Positions 1 to 10,700 of a stretch of DNA of 64,000 nucleotides are shown in pieces. Source of the stretch: the human T2T-CHM13v2.0 reference genome, Homo sapiens; assembly GCF_009914755.1 (NCBI RefSeq), contig NC_060932.1, one strand, 5' to 3'. The stretch's first letter is position 1; the number at the start of each line of letters is the position of its first letter. The notes beneath the pieces are model-generated. The model was not told the DNA's origin. It worked only from the letters and a program-made list of their open reading frames with translations, and made no database searches. Position numbers and translations under genes: made by a program.

Positions 1-74
1 TTCCCATTCATAGAGCAGGTTTGACACACTCTTTTTGTAGTATCTGGAAGTGGACATTTGGAGCGCTTTCTGAA

Positions 75-91
75 CTATGGTGAAAAAGGAA
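75..91 (+). promoter_or_regulatory. pJalpha motif of A-type monomer k (recurs in every HOR)
   Basis: CTATGGTGAAAAAGGAA matches the reverse complement of the pJalpha consensus TTCCTTTTYCACCRTAG. Variant forms occur in b (CTATCTGGAAAAAGGAA), d and g (CTATGCTGAAAAAGGAA) and i (CTATGGTGAARAAGGAA). Confidence 0.8.
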
Positions 92-245
92 ATATCTTCC
101 AATGAAAACAAGACAGAAGCATTCTGAGAAACTTATTTGTGATGTGTGTCCTCAACTAACGGACTTGAACCTTTCGTTTCATGCAGTACTTCTGGAACAC
201 TCTTTTTGAAGATTCTGCATGCGGATATTTGGATAGCTTTGAGGA

Positions 246-262
246 TTTCGTTGGAAACGGGC
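246..262 (+). promoter_or_regulatory. CENP-B box, monomer a; 9-nt core intact (recurs in most HORs)
   Basis: TTTCGTTGGAAACGGGC satisfies the core NTTCGNNNNANNCGGGN. Confidence 0.9.
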
Positions 263-583
263 TTACATATAAAAATTAGACAGCAGCATTCTCAGAAACT
301 TCTCTGTGGTGTCTGCATCCAAGTCACAGAATTGAACATCCCCTCACATAGAGCAGTTGTGCAGCACTCTATTTGTAGTATCTCGAAGTGGACATTTGGA
401 GGGCTTTGTAGCCTATCTGGAAAAAGGAAATATCTTCCCATGAATGCGAGATAGAAGTAATCTCAGAAACATGTTTATGCTGTATCTACTCAACTAACTG
501 TGCTGAACATTTCTATTGATAGAGCAGTTTTGAGACACTCTTCTTTTGGAATCTGCAAGTGGATATTTGGAAAGATTTGAGGA

Positions 584-600
584 TTTCGTTGGCAACGGGA
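584..600 (+). promoter_or_regulatory. Degenerate CENP-B box, monomer c (core A10>C)
   Basis: TTTCGTTGGCAACGGGA; the essential A at position 10 is replaced in most copies. Confidence 0.8.
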
Positions 601-921
601 TTATATATAAAAAGTAGACAGCGGCATTCTCAGAAACTTCTTTGTGATGTTTGCATCCAGCTCTCAGAGTTGAACATTCCCTTTCGTAGAGTAGGTTTGA
701 AACCCTCTTTTTATAGTGTCTGGAAGCGGGCATTTGGAGCGCTTTCAGGCCTATGCTGAAAAAGGAAATATCTACCTATAGAAACTAGACAGAAGCATTC
801 TGAGAATCACGTTTGTGATGTGGGTACTCAACTAACAGTGTTGATCCATTCTTTTGATACAGCAGTTTTGAACCACACTTTTTGTAGAATCTGCAAGTGG
901 ATATTTGGATAGCTGTGAGGA

Positions 922-938
922 TTTCCTTGGAAACGGGA
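922..938 (+). promoter_or_regulatory. Degenerate CENP-B box, monomer e (core G5>C)
   Basis: TTTCCTTGGAAACGGGA; the first CpG is lost. Confidence 0.8.
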
Positions 939-1092
939 ATGCCTTCATAGAAAATTTAGACAGAAGCATTCTCAGAACCTTGATTGTGATGTGTGTTCTC
1001 CACTAACAGAGTTGAACCTTTCTTTTGACAGAACTGTTCTGAAACATTCTTTTTATAGAATCTGGAAGTGGATATTTGGAAAGCTTTGAGGA

Positions 1093-1109
1093 TTTCGTTG
1101 GAAACGGGA
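1093..1109 (+). promoter_or_regulatory. Canonical CENP-B box, monomer f (recurs in most HORs)
   Basis: TTTCGTTGGAAACGGGA matches YTTCGTTGGAARCGGGA exactly. Confidence 0.93.
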
Positions 1110-1434
1110 ATATCTTCAAATCAAATCTAGCCAGAAGCATTCTAAGAAACATCTTAGGGATGTTTATATTCAAGTCACAGAGTTGAACATTCCCTTTCAC
1201 AGAGCAGGTTTGAAACAATCTTCTCGTACTATCTGGAAGTGGACATTTTGTGCTCCTTGGGGCCTATGCTGAAAAAGGAAATATCTTCCGACAAAAACTA
1301 GACAGAAGCATTCGCAGAATCACGTTTGTGATGTGTGCACTCAACTGTCAGAATTGAACCTTTGTTTGGACAGAGCACTTTTGAAACACTCTTTTTGTAG
1401 AATCTGCAGGTGGATATTTGACTAGCTTTGAGGA

Positions 1435-1451
1435 TTTCGTTGGAAACGGTA
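1435..1451 (+). promoter_or_regulatory. Degenerate CENP-B box, monomer h (core G16>T)
   Basis: TTTCGTTGGAAACGGTA; I saw no h copy with CGGG restored. Confidence 0.8.
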
Positions 1452-1776
1452 ATGTCTTCAAAGAAAATCTAGACAGAAACATTCTCAGAAACACCTTCGT
1501 GATGTTTGCAATCAAGTCACAGAGTTGAACCTTCCGTTTCATAGAGCAGGTTGGAAACACTCTTTTTGTAGTATCTGGAAGTGGACATTTGGAGCGCTTT
1601 CAGGCCTATGGTGAAGAAGGAAATATCTTCCCATAAAAACGACATAGAAGCTATCTCAGGAACTTGTTTATGATGCATCCAATCAACTAACAGTGTTGAA
1701 CCTTTGTACTGACAGAGCAGTGTGAAACACTCTTTTTTTTGGAATCTGCAAGTGGATATTTGGATCGCTTTGAGGA

Positions 1777-1793
1777 TTTCGTTGGAAACGGGA
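1777..1793 (+). promoter_or_regulatory. Canonical CENP-B box, monomer j (recurs in most HORs)
   Basis: TTTCGTTGGAAACGGGA, exact consensus match. Confidence 0.93.
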
Positions 1794-4700
1794 TGCAATA
1801 TAAAACGTACACAGCAGCATACTCAGAAAATACTTTGCCATATTTCCATTCAAGTCACAGAGTGGAACATTCCCATTCATAGAGCAGGTTTGACACACTT
1901 TTTTTGTAGTATCTGGAAGTGGACATTTGGAGCGCTTTCTGAACTATGGTGAAAAAGGAAATATCTTCCAATGAAAACAAGACAGAAACATTCTGAGAAA
2001 CTTATTTGTGATGTGTGTCCTCAACTAACGGACTTGAACCTTTCGTTTCATGCAGTACTTCTGGAACTCTCTTTTTAAAGATTCTGCATGCAGATATTTG
2101 GATAGCTTTGAGGATTTCGTTGGAAACGGGCTTACATATAAAAATTAGACAGCAGCATTCTCAGAAACTTCTTTGTGGTGTCTGCATTCAAGTCACAGAA
2201 TTGAACATCCCCTCACATAGAGCAGCTGTGCAGCACTCTATTTGTAGTATCTCGAAGTGGACATTTGGAGGGCTTTGTAGCCTATCTGGAAAAAGGAAAT
2301 ATCTTCCCATGAATGCGAGATAGAAGTAATCTCAGAAACATGTTTATGCTGTATCTACTCCACTAACTGTGCTGAACATTTCTATTGATAGAGCAGTTTT
2401 GAGACACTCTTCTTTTGGAATCTGCAAGTGGATATTTGGAAAGATTTGAGGATTTCGTTGGCAACGGGATTATATATAAAAAGTAGACAGCCGCATTCTC
2501 AGAAACTTCTTTGTGATGTTTGCATCCAGCTCTCAGAGTTGAACATTCCCTTTCGTAGAGTAGGTTTGAAACCCTCTTTTTATAGTGTCTGGAAGCGGGC
2601 ATTTGGAGCGCTTTCAGGCCTATGCTGAAAAAGGAAATATCTACCTATAGAAACTAGACAGAAGCATTCTGAGAATCACGTTTGTGATGTGGGTACTCAA
2701 CTAACAGTGTTGATCCATTCTTTTGATACAGCAGTTTTGAACCACACTTTTTGTAGAATCTGCAAGTGGATATTTGGATAGCTGTGAGGATTTCCTTGGA
2801 AACGGGAATGCCTTCATAGAAAATTTAGACAGAAGCATTCTGAGAACCTTGATTGTGATGTGTGTTCTCCACTTACAGAGTTGAACCTTTCTTTTGACAG
2901 AACTGTTCTGAAACATTCTTTTTATAGAATCTGGAAGTGGATATTTGGAAAGCTTTGAGGATTTCGTTGGAAACGGGAATATCTTCAAATCAAATCTAGC
3001 CAGAAGCATTCTAAGAAACATCTTAGGGATGTTTACATTCAAGTCACAGAGTTGAACATTCCCTTTCACAGAGCAGGTTTGAAACAATCTTCTCGTAGTA
3101 TCTGGAAGTGGACATTTTGAGCTCCTTGGGGCCTATGCTGAAAAAGGAAATATCTTCCGACAAAAACTAGACAGAAGCATTCGCAGAATCACGTTTGTGA
3201 TGTGTGCACTCAACTGTCAGAATTGAACCTTGGTTTGGACAGAGCACTTTTGAAACACTCTTTTTGTAGAATCTGCAGGTGGATATTTGGCTAGCTTTAA
3301 GGATTTCGTTGGAAACGGTAATGTCTTCAAAGAAAATCTAGACAGAAACATTCTCAGAAACACCTTCGTGATGTTTGCAATCAAGTCACAGAGTTGAACC
3401 TTCCGTTTCATAGAGCAGGTTGGAAACACTCTTTTTGTAGTATCTGGAAGTGGACATTTGGAGCGCTTTCAGGCCTATGGTGAAAACGGAAATATCTTCC
3501 CATAAAAACGACATAGAAGCTATCTCAGGAACTTGTTTATGATGCATCCAATCAACTAACAGTGTTGAACCTTTGTACTGACAGAGCAGTGTGAAACACT
3601 CTTTTTTTTGGAATCTGCAAGTGGATATTTGGATCGCTTTGAGGATTTCGTTGGAAACGGGATGCAATATAAAACGTACACAGCAGCATACTCAGAAAAT
3701 ACTTTGCCATATTTCCATTCAAGTCACAGAGTGGAACATTCCCATTCATAGAGCAGGTTTGACACAATCTTTTTGGAGTATCTGGAAGTGGACATTTGGA
3801 GCGCTTTCTGAACTATGGTGAAAAAGGAAATATCTTCCAATGAAAACAAGACAGAATCATTCTGAGAAACTTATTTGTGATGTATGTCCTCAACTAACGG
3901 ACTTGAACCTTTCGTTTCATGCAGTACTTCTGGAACACTCTTTTTGAATATTCTGCATGCGGATATTTGGATAGCTTTGAGGATTTCGTTGGAAACGGGC
4001 TTACATATAAAAATTAGACAGCAGCATTCTCAGAAACTTCTTTGTGGTGTCTGCATTCAAGTCACAGAATTGAACATCCCCTCACATAGAGCAGTTGTGC
4101 AGCACTCTATTTGTAGTATCTCGAAGTGGACATTTGGAGGGCTTTGTAGCCTATCTGGAAAAAGGAAATATCTTCCCATGAATGCGAGATAGAAGTAATC
4201 TCAGAAACATGTTTATGCTGTATCTACTCAACTAACTGTGCTGAACATTTCTATTGATAGAGCAGGTTTGAGACACTCTTCTTTTGGAATCTGCAAGTGG
4301 ATATTTGGAAAGATTTGAGGATTTCGTTGACAACGGGATTATATATAAAAAGTAGACAGCCGCATTCTCAGAAACTTCTTTGTGATGTTTGCATCCAGCT
4401 CTCAGAGTTGAACATTCCCTTTCGTAGAGTAGGTTTGAAACCCTCTTTTTATAGTGTCTGGAAGCGGGCATTTGGAGCGCTTTCAGGCCTATGCTGAAAA
4501 AGGAAATATCTACCTATAGAAAGTAGACAGAAGCATTCTGAGAATCACGTTTGTGATGTGGGTACTCAACTAACAGTGTTGATCCATTCTTTTGATACAG
4601 CAGTTTTGAACCACACTTTTTGTAGAATCTGCAAGTGGATATTTGGATAGCTGTGAGGATTTTCTTGGAAACGGGAATGCCTTCATAGAAAATTTAGACA

Positions 4701-7700
4701 GAAGCATTCTCAGAACATTGATTGTGATGTGTGTTCTCCACTAACAGAGTTGAACCTTTCTTTTGACAGAACTGTTCTGAAACATTCTTTTTATAGAATC
4801 TGGAAGTGGATATTTGGAAAGCTTTGAGGATTTCGTTGGAAACGGGAATATCTTCAAATCAAATCTAGCCAGAAGCATTCTAAGAAACATCTTAGGGATG
4901 TTTATATTCAAGTCACAGAGTTGAACATTCCCTTTCACAGAGCAGGTTTGAAACAATCTTCTCGTACTATCTGGAAGTGGACATTTTGTGCTCCTTGGGG
5001 CCTATGCTGAAAAAGGAAATATCTTCCGACAAAAACTAGACAGAAGCATTCGCAGAATCACGTTTGTGATGTGTGCACTCAACTGTCAGAATTGAACCTT
5101 TGTTTGGACAGAGCACTTTTGAAACACTCTTTTTGTAGAATCTGCAGGTGGATATTTGACTAGCTTTGAGGATTTCGCTGGAAACGGTAATGTCTTCAAA
5201 GAAAATCTAGACAGAAACATTCTCAGAAACACCTTCGTGATGTTTGCAATCAAGTCACAGAGTTGAACCTTCCGTTTCATAGAGCAGGTTGGAAACACTC
5301 TTTTTGTAGTATCTGGAAGTGGACATTTGGAGCGCTTTCAGGCCTATGGTGAAGAAGGAAATATCTTCCCATAAAAACGACATAGAAGCTATCTCAGGAA
5401 CTTGTTTATGATGCATCCAATCAACTAACAGTGTTGAACCTTTGTACTGACAGAGCAGTGTGAAACACTCTTTTTTTTGGAATCTGCAAGTGGATATTTG
5501 GATCGCTTTGAGGATTTCGTTGGAAACGGGATGCAATATAAAACGTACACAGCAGCATACTCAGAAAATACTTTGCCATATTTCCATTCAAGTCACAGAG
5601 TGGAACATTCCCATTCATAGAGCAGGTTTGACACACCCTTTTTGTAGTATCTGGAAGTGGACATTTGGAGCGCTTTCTGAACTATGGTGAAAAAGGAAAT
5701 ATCTTCCAATGAAAACAAGACAGAAGCATTCTGAGAAACTTATTTGTGATGTGTGTCCTCAACTAACGGACTTGAACCTTTCGTTTCATGCAGTAATTCT
5801 GGAACACTCTTTTTGAAGATTCTGCATGCGGATATTTGGATAGCTTTGAGGATTTCATTGGAAACGGGCTTACATATAAAAATTAGACAGCAGCATTCTC
5901 AGAAACTTCTCTGTGGTGTCTGCATCCAAGTCACAGAATTGAACATCCCCTTACATAGAGAAGTTGTGCAGCACTCTATTTGTAGTATCTCGAAGTGGAC
6001 ATTTGGAGGGCTTTGTAGCCTATCTGGAAAAAGGAAATATCTTCCCATGAATGCGAGATAGAAGTAATCTCAGAAACATGTTTATGCTGTATCTACTCCA
6101 CTAACTGTGCTGAACATTTCTATTGATAGAGCAGTTTTGAGACACTCTTCTTTTGGAATCTGCAAGTGGATATTTCGAAAGATTTGAGGATTTCGTTGGC
6201 AACGGGATTATATATAAAAAGTAGACAGCCGCATTCTCAGAAACTTCTTTGTGATGTTTGCATCCAGCTCTCAGAGTTGAACATTCCCTTTCGTAGAGTA
6301 GGTTTGAAACCCTCTTTTTATAGTGTCTGGAAGCGGGCATTTGGAGCGCTTTCAGGCCTATGCTGAAAAAGGAAATATCTACCTATAGAAACTAGACAGA
6401 AGCATTCTGAGAATCACGTTTGTGATGTGGGTACTCAACTAACAGTGTTGATCCATTCTTTTGATACAGCAGTTTTGAACCACACTTTTTGTAGAATCTG
6501 CAAGTGGATATTTGGATAGCTGTGAGGATTTCCTTGGAAACGGGAATGCCTTCATAGAAAATTTAGACAGAAGCATTCTCAGAACCTTGATTGTGATGTG
6601 TGTTCTCCACTAACAGAGTTGAACCTTTCTTTTGACAGAACTGTTCTGAAACATTCTTTTTATAGAATCTGGAAGTGGATATTTGGAAAGCTTTGAGGAT
6701 TTCGTTGGAAACGGGAATATCTTCAAATCAAATCTAGCCAGAAGCATTCTAAGAAACATCTTAGGGATGTTTACATTCAAGTCACAGAGTTGAACATTCC
6801 CTTTCACAGAGCAGGTTTGAAACAATCTTCTCGTACTATCTGGAAGTGGACAGTTTGAGCTCCTTGGGGCCTATGCTGAAAAAGGAAATATCTTCTGACA
6901 AAAACTAGACAGAAGCATTCGCAGAATCACGTTTGTGATGTGTGCACTCAACTGTCAGAATTGAACCTTGGTTTGGACAGAGCACTTTTGAAACACTCTT
7001 TTTGTAGAATCTTCAGGTGGATATTTGGCTAGCTTTGAGGATTTCGTTGTAAACGGTAATGTCTTCAAAGAAAATCTAGACAGAAACATTCTCAGAAACA
7101 CCTTCGTGATGTTTGCAATCAAGTCACAGAGCTGAACCTTCCGTTTCATAGAGCAGGTTGGAAACACTCTTTTTGTAGTATCTGGAAGTGGACATTTGGA
7201 GCGCTTTCAGGCCTATGGTGAAAAAGGAAATATCTTCCCATAAAAACGACATAGAAGCTATCTCAGGAACTTGTTTATGATGCATCCAATCAACTAACAG
7301 TGTTGAACCTTTGTACTGACAGAGCAGTGTGAAACACTCTTTTTTTTGGAATCTGCAAGTGGATATTTGGATCGCTTTGAGGATTTCGTTGGAAACGGGA
7401 TGCAATATAAAACGTACACAGCAGCATACTCAGAAAATACTTTGCCATATTTCCATTCAAGTCACAGAGTGGAACATTCCCATTCATAGAGCAGGTTTGA
7501 CACACTCTTTTTGTAGTATCTGGAAGTGGACATTTGGAGCGCTTTCTGAACTATGGTGAAAAAGGAAATATCTTCCAATGAAAACAAGACAGAAGCATTC
7601 TGAGAAACTTATTTGTGATGTGTGTCCTCAACTAACGGACTTGAACCTTTCGTTTCATGCAGTACTTCTGGAACACTCTTTTTGAAGATTCTGCATACGG

Positions 7701-10700
7701 ATCTTTGGATAGCTTTGAGGATTTCGTTGGAAACGGGCTTACATATAAAAATTAGACAGCAGCATTCTCAGAAACTTCTTTGTGGTGTCTGCATTCAAGT
7801 CACAGAATTGAACATCCCTTCACATAGAGCAGTTTTGCAGCACTCTATTTGTAGTATCTCGAAGTGGACATTTGGAGGGCTTTGTAGCCTATCTGGAAAA
7901 AGGAAATATCTTCCCATGAATGCGAGATAGAAGTAATCTCAGAAACATGTTTATGCTGTATCTACTCAACTAACTGTGCTGAACATTTCTATTGATAGAG
8001 CAGTTTTGAGACACTCTTCTTTTGGAATCTGCAAGTGGATATTTGGATAGATTTGAGGATTTCGTTGGAAACGGGATTATATATAAAAAGTAGACAGCCG
8101 CATTCTCAGAAACTTCTTTGTGATGTTTGCATCCAGCTCTCAGAGTTGAACATTCCCTTTCGTAGAGTAGGTTTGAAACCCTCTTTTTATAGTGTCTGGA
8201 AGCGGGCATTTGGAGCGCTTTCAGGCCTATGCTGAAAAAGGAAATATCTACCTATAGAAACTAGACAGAAGCATTCTGAGAATCACGTTTGTGATGTGGG
8301 TACTCAACTAACAGTGTTGATCCATTCTTTTGATACAGCAGTTTCGAACCACACTTTTTGTAGAATCTGCAAGTGGATATTTGGATAGCTGTGAGGATTT
8401 CCTTGGAAACGGGAATGTCTTCATAGAAAATTTAGACAGAAGCATTCTCAGAACCTTGATTGTGATGTGTGTTCTCCACTAACAGGGTTGAACTTTTCTT
8501 TTGACAGAACTGTTCTGAAACATTCTTTGTATAGAATCTGGAAGTGGATATTTGGAAAGCTTTGAGGATTTCGTTGGAAACGGGAATATCTTCAAATCAA
8601 ATCTAGCCAGAAGCATTCTAAGAAACATCTTAGGGATGTTTACATTCAAGTCACAGAGTTGAACATTCCCTTTCACAGAGCAGGTTTGAAACAATCTTCT
8701 CGTACTATCTGGAAGTGGACATTTTGAGCTCCTTGGGGCCTATGCTGAAAAAGGAAATATCTTCCGACAAAAACTAGACAGAAGCATTCGCAGAATCACG
8801 TTTGTGATGTGTGCACTCAACTGTCAGAATTGAACCTTGGTTTGGACAGAGCACTTTTGAAACACTCTTTTTGTAGAATCTGCAGGTGGATATTTGGCTA
8901 GCTTTGAGGATTTCGTTGGAAACGGTAATGTCTTCAAAGAAAATCTAGACAGAAACATTCTCAGAAACACCTTCGTGATGTTTGCAATCAAGTCACAGAG
9001 TTGAACCTTCCGTTTCATAGAGCAGGTTGGAAACACTCTTTTTGTAGTATCTGGAAGTGGACATTTGGAGCGCTTTCAGGCCTATGGTGAAAAAGGAAAT
9101 ATCTTCCCATAAAAACGACATAGAAGCTATCTCAGGAACTTGTTTATGATGCATCCAATCAACTAACAGTGTTGAACCTTTGTACTGACAGAGCAGTGTG
9201 AAACACTCTTTTTTTGGAATCTGCAAGTGGATATTTGGATCGCTTTGAGGATTTCGTTGGAAACGGGATGCAATATAAAACGTACACAGCAGCATACTCA
9301 GAAAATACTTTGCCATATTTCCATTCAAGTCACAGAGTGGAACATTCCCATTCATAGAGCAGGTTTGACACACTCTTTTTGTAGTATCTGGAAGTGGACA
9401 TTTGGAGCGCTTTCTGAACTATGGTGAAAAAGGAAATATCTTCCAATGAAAACAAGACAGAAGCATTCTGAGAAACTTATTTGTGATGTGTGTCCTCAAC
9501 AAACGGACTTGAACCTTTCGTTTCATGCAGTACTTCTGGAACACTCTTTTTGAAGATTCTGCATGCGGATATTTGGATAACTTTGAGGATTTCGTTGGAA
9601 ACGGGCTTACATATAAAAATTAGACAGCAGCATTCTCAGAAACTTCTCTGTGGTGTCTGCATCCAAGTCACAGAATTGAACATCCCCTCACATAGAGCAG
9701 TTGTGCAGCACTCTATTTGTAGTATCTCGAAGTGGACATTTGGAGGGCTTTCTAGCCTATCTAGAAAAAGAAATATCTTCCCATGAATGCGAGATAGAAG
9801 TAATCTCAGAAACATGTTTATGCTGTATCTACTCAACTAACTGTGCTGAACATTTCTATTGATAGAGCAGTTTTGAGACACTCTTCTTTTGGAATCTGCA
9901 AGTGGATATTTGGAAAGATTTGAGGATTTCGATGGCAACGGGATTATATATAAAAAGTAGACAGCCGCATTCTCAGAATCTTCTTTGTGATTTTTGCATC
10001 TTGCTCTCAGAGTTGAACATTCCCTTTCGTAGAGTAGGTTTGAAACCCTCTTTTTATAGTGTCTGGAAGCGGGCATTTGGAGCGCTTTCAGGCCTATGCT
10101 GAAAAAGGAAATATCTACCTATAGAAACTAGACAGAAGCATTCTGAGAATCACGTTTGTGATGTGGGTACTCAACTAACAGTGTTGATCCATTCTTTTGA
10201 TACAGCAGTTTTGAACCACACTTTTTGTAGAATCTGCAAGTGGATATTTGGATAGCTGTGAGGATTTCCTTGGAAACGGGAATGTCTTCATAGAAAATTT
10301 AGACAGAAGCATTCTCAGAACCTTGATTGTGATGTGTGTTCTCCACTAACAGGGTTGAACCTTTCTTTTGACAGAACAGTTCTGAAACATTCTTTGTATA
10401 GAATCTGGAAGTGGATATTTGGAAAGCTTTGAGGATTTCGTTGGAAACGGGAATATCTTCAAATCAAATCTAGCCAGAAGCATTCTAAGAAACATCTTAG
10501 GGATGTTTACATTCAAGTCACAGAGTTGAACATTCCCTTTCACAGAGCAGGTTTTAAACAATCTTCTCGTACTATCTGGAAGTGGACATTTTGAGCTCCT
10601 TGGGGCCTATGCTGAAAAAGGAAATATCTTCCGACAAAAACTAGACAGAAGCATTCGCAGAATCACGTTTATGATGTGTGCACTCAACTGTCAGAATTGA

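Larger units (their letters stand above)
120..1988 (+). repeat. Representative 11-mer HOR unit (HOR1), monomers a-k
   Basis: Monomer starts: a 120 (167 bp, B), b 287 (171, A), c 458 (167, B), d 625 (171, A), e 796 (171, B), f 967 (171, B), g 1138 (171, A), h 1309 (171, B), i 1480 (171, A), j 1651 (167, B), k 1818 (171, A). The next a starts at 1989; lengths sum to 1869. Confidence 0.95.

Noticed and set aside
601-613. TATA-like tract TTATATATAAAAA at the end of monomer c, with similar tracts in a and j
   Set aside because: It is the AT-rich monomer end present in every HOR; the sequence gives no evidence of a promoter or transcript.
120-1988. Assignment to other 11-mer arrays (D13Z1/D21Z1, or D1Z5)
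   Set aside because: I saw no EcoRI site, which defines the chr13/21 unit, and the alternating A/B pattern does not fit pentameric SF3 D1Z5. This rests on recall; alignment to HOR consensus models would be decisive.
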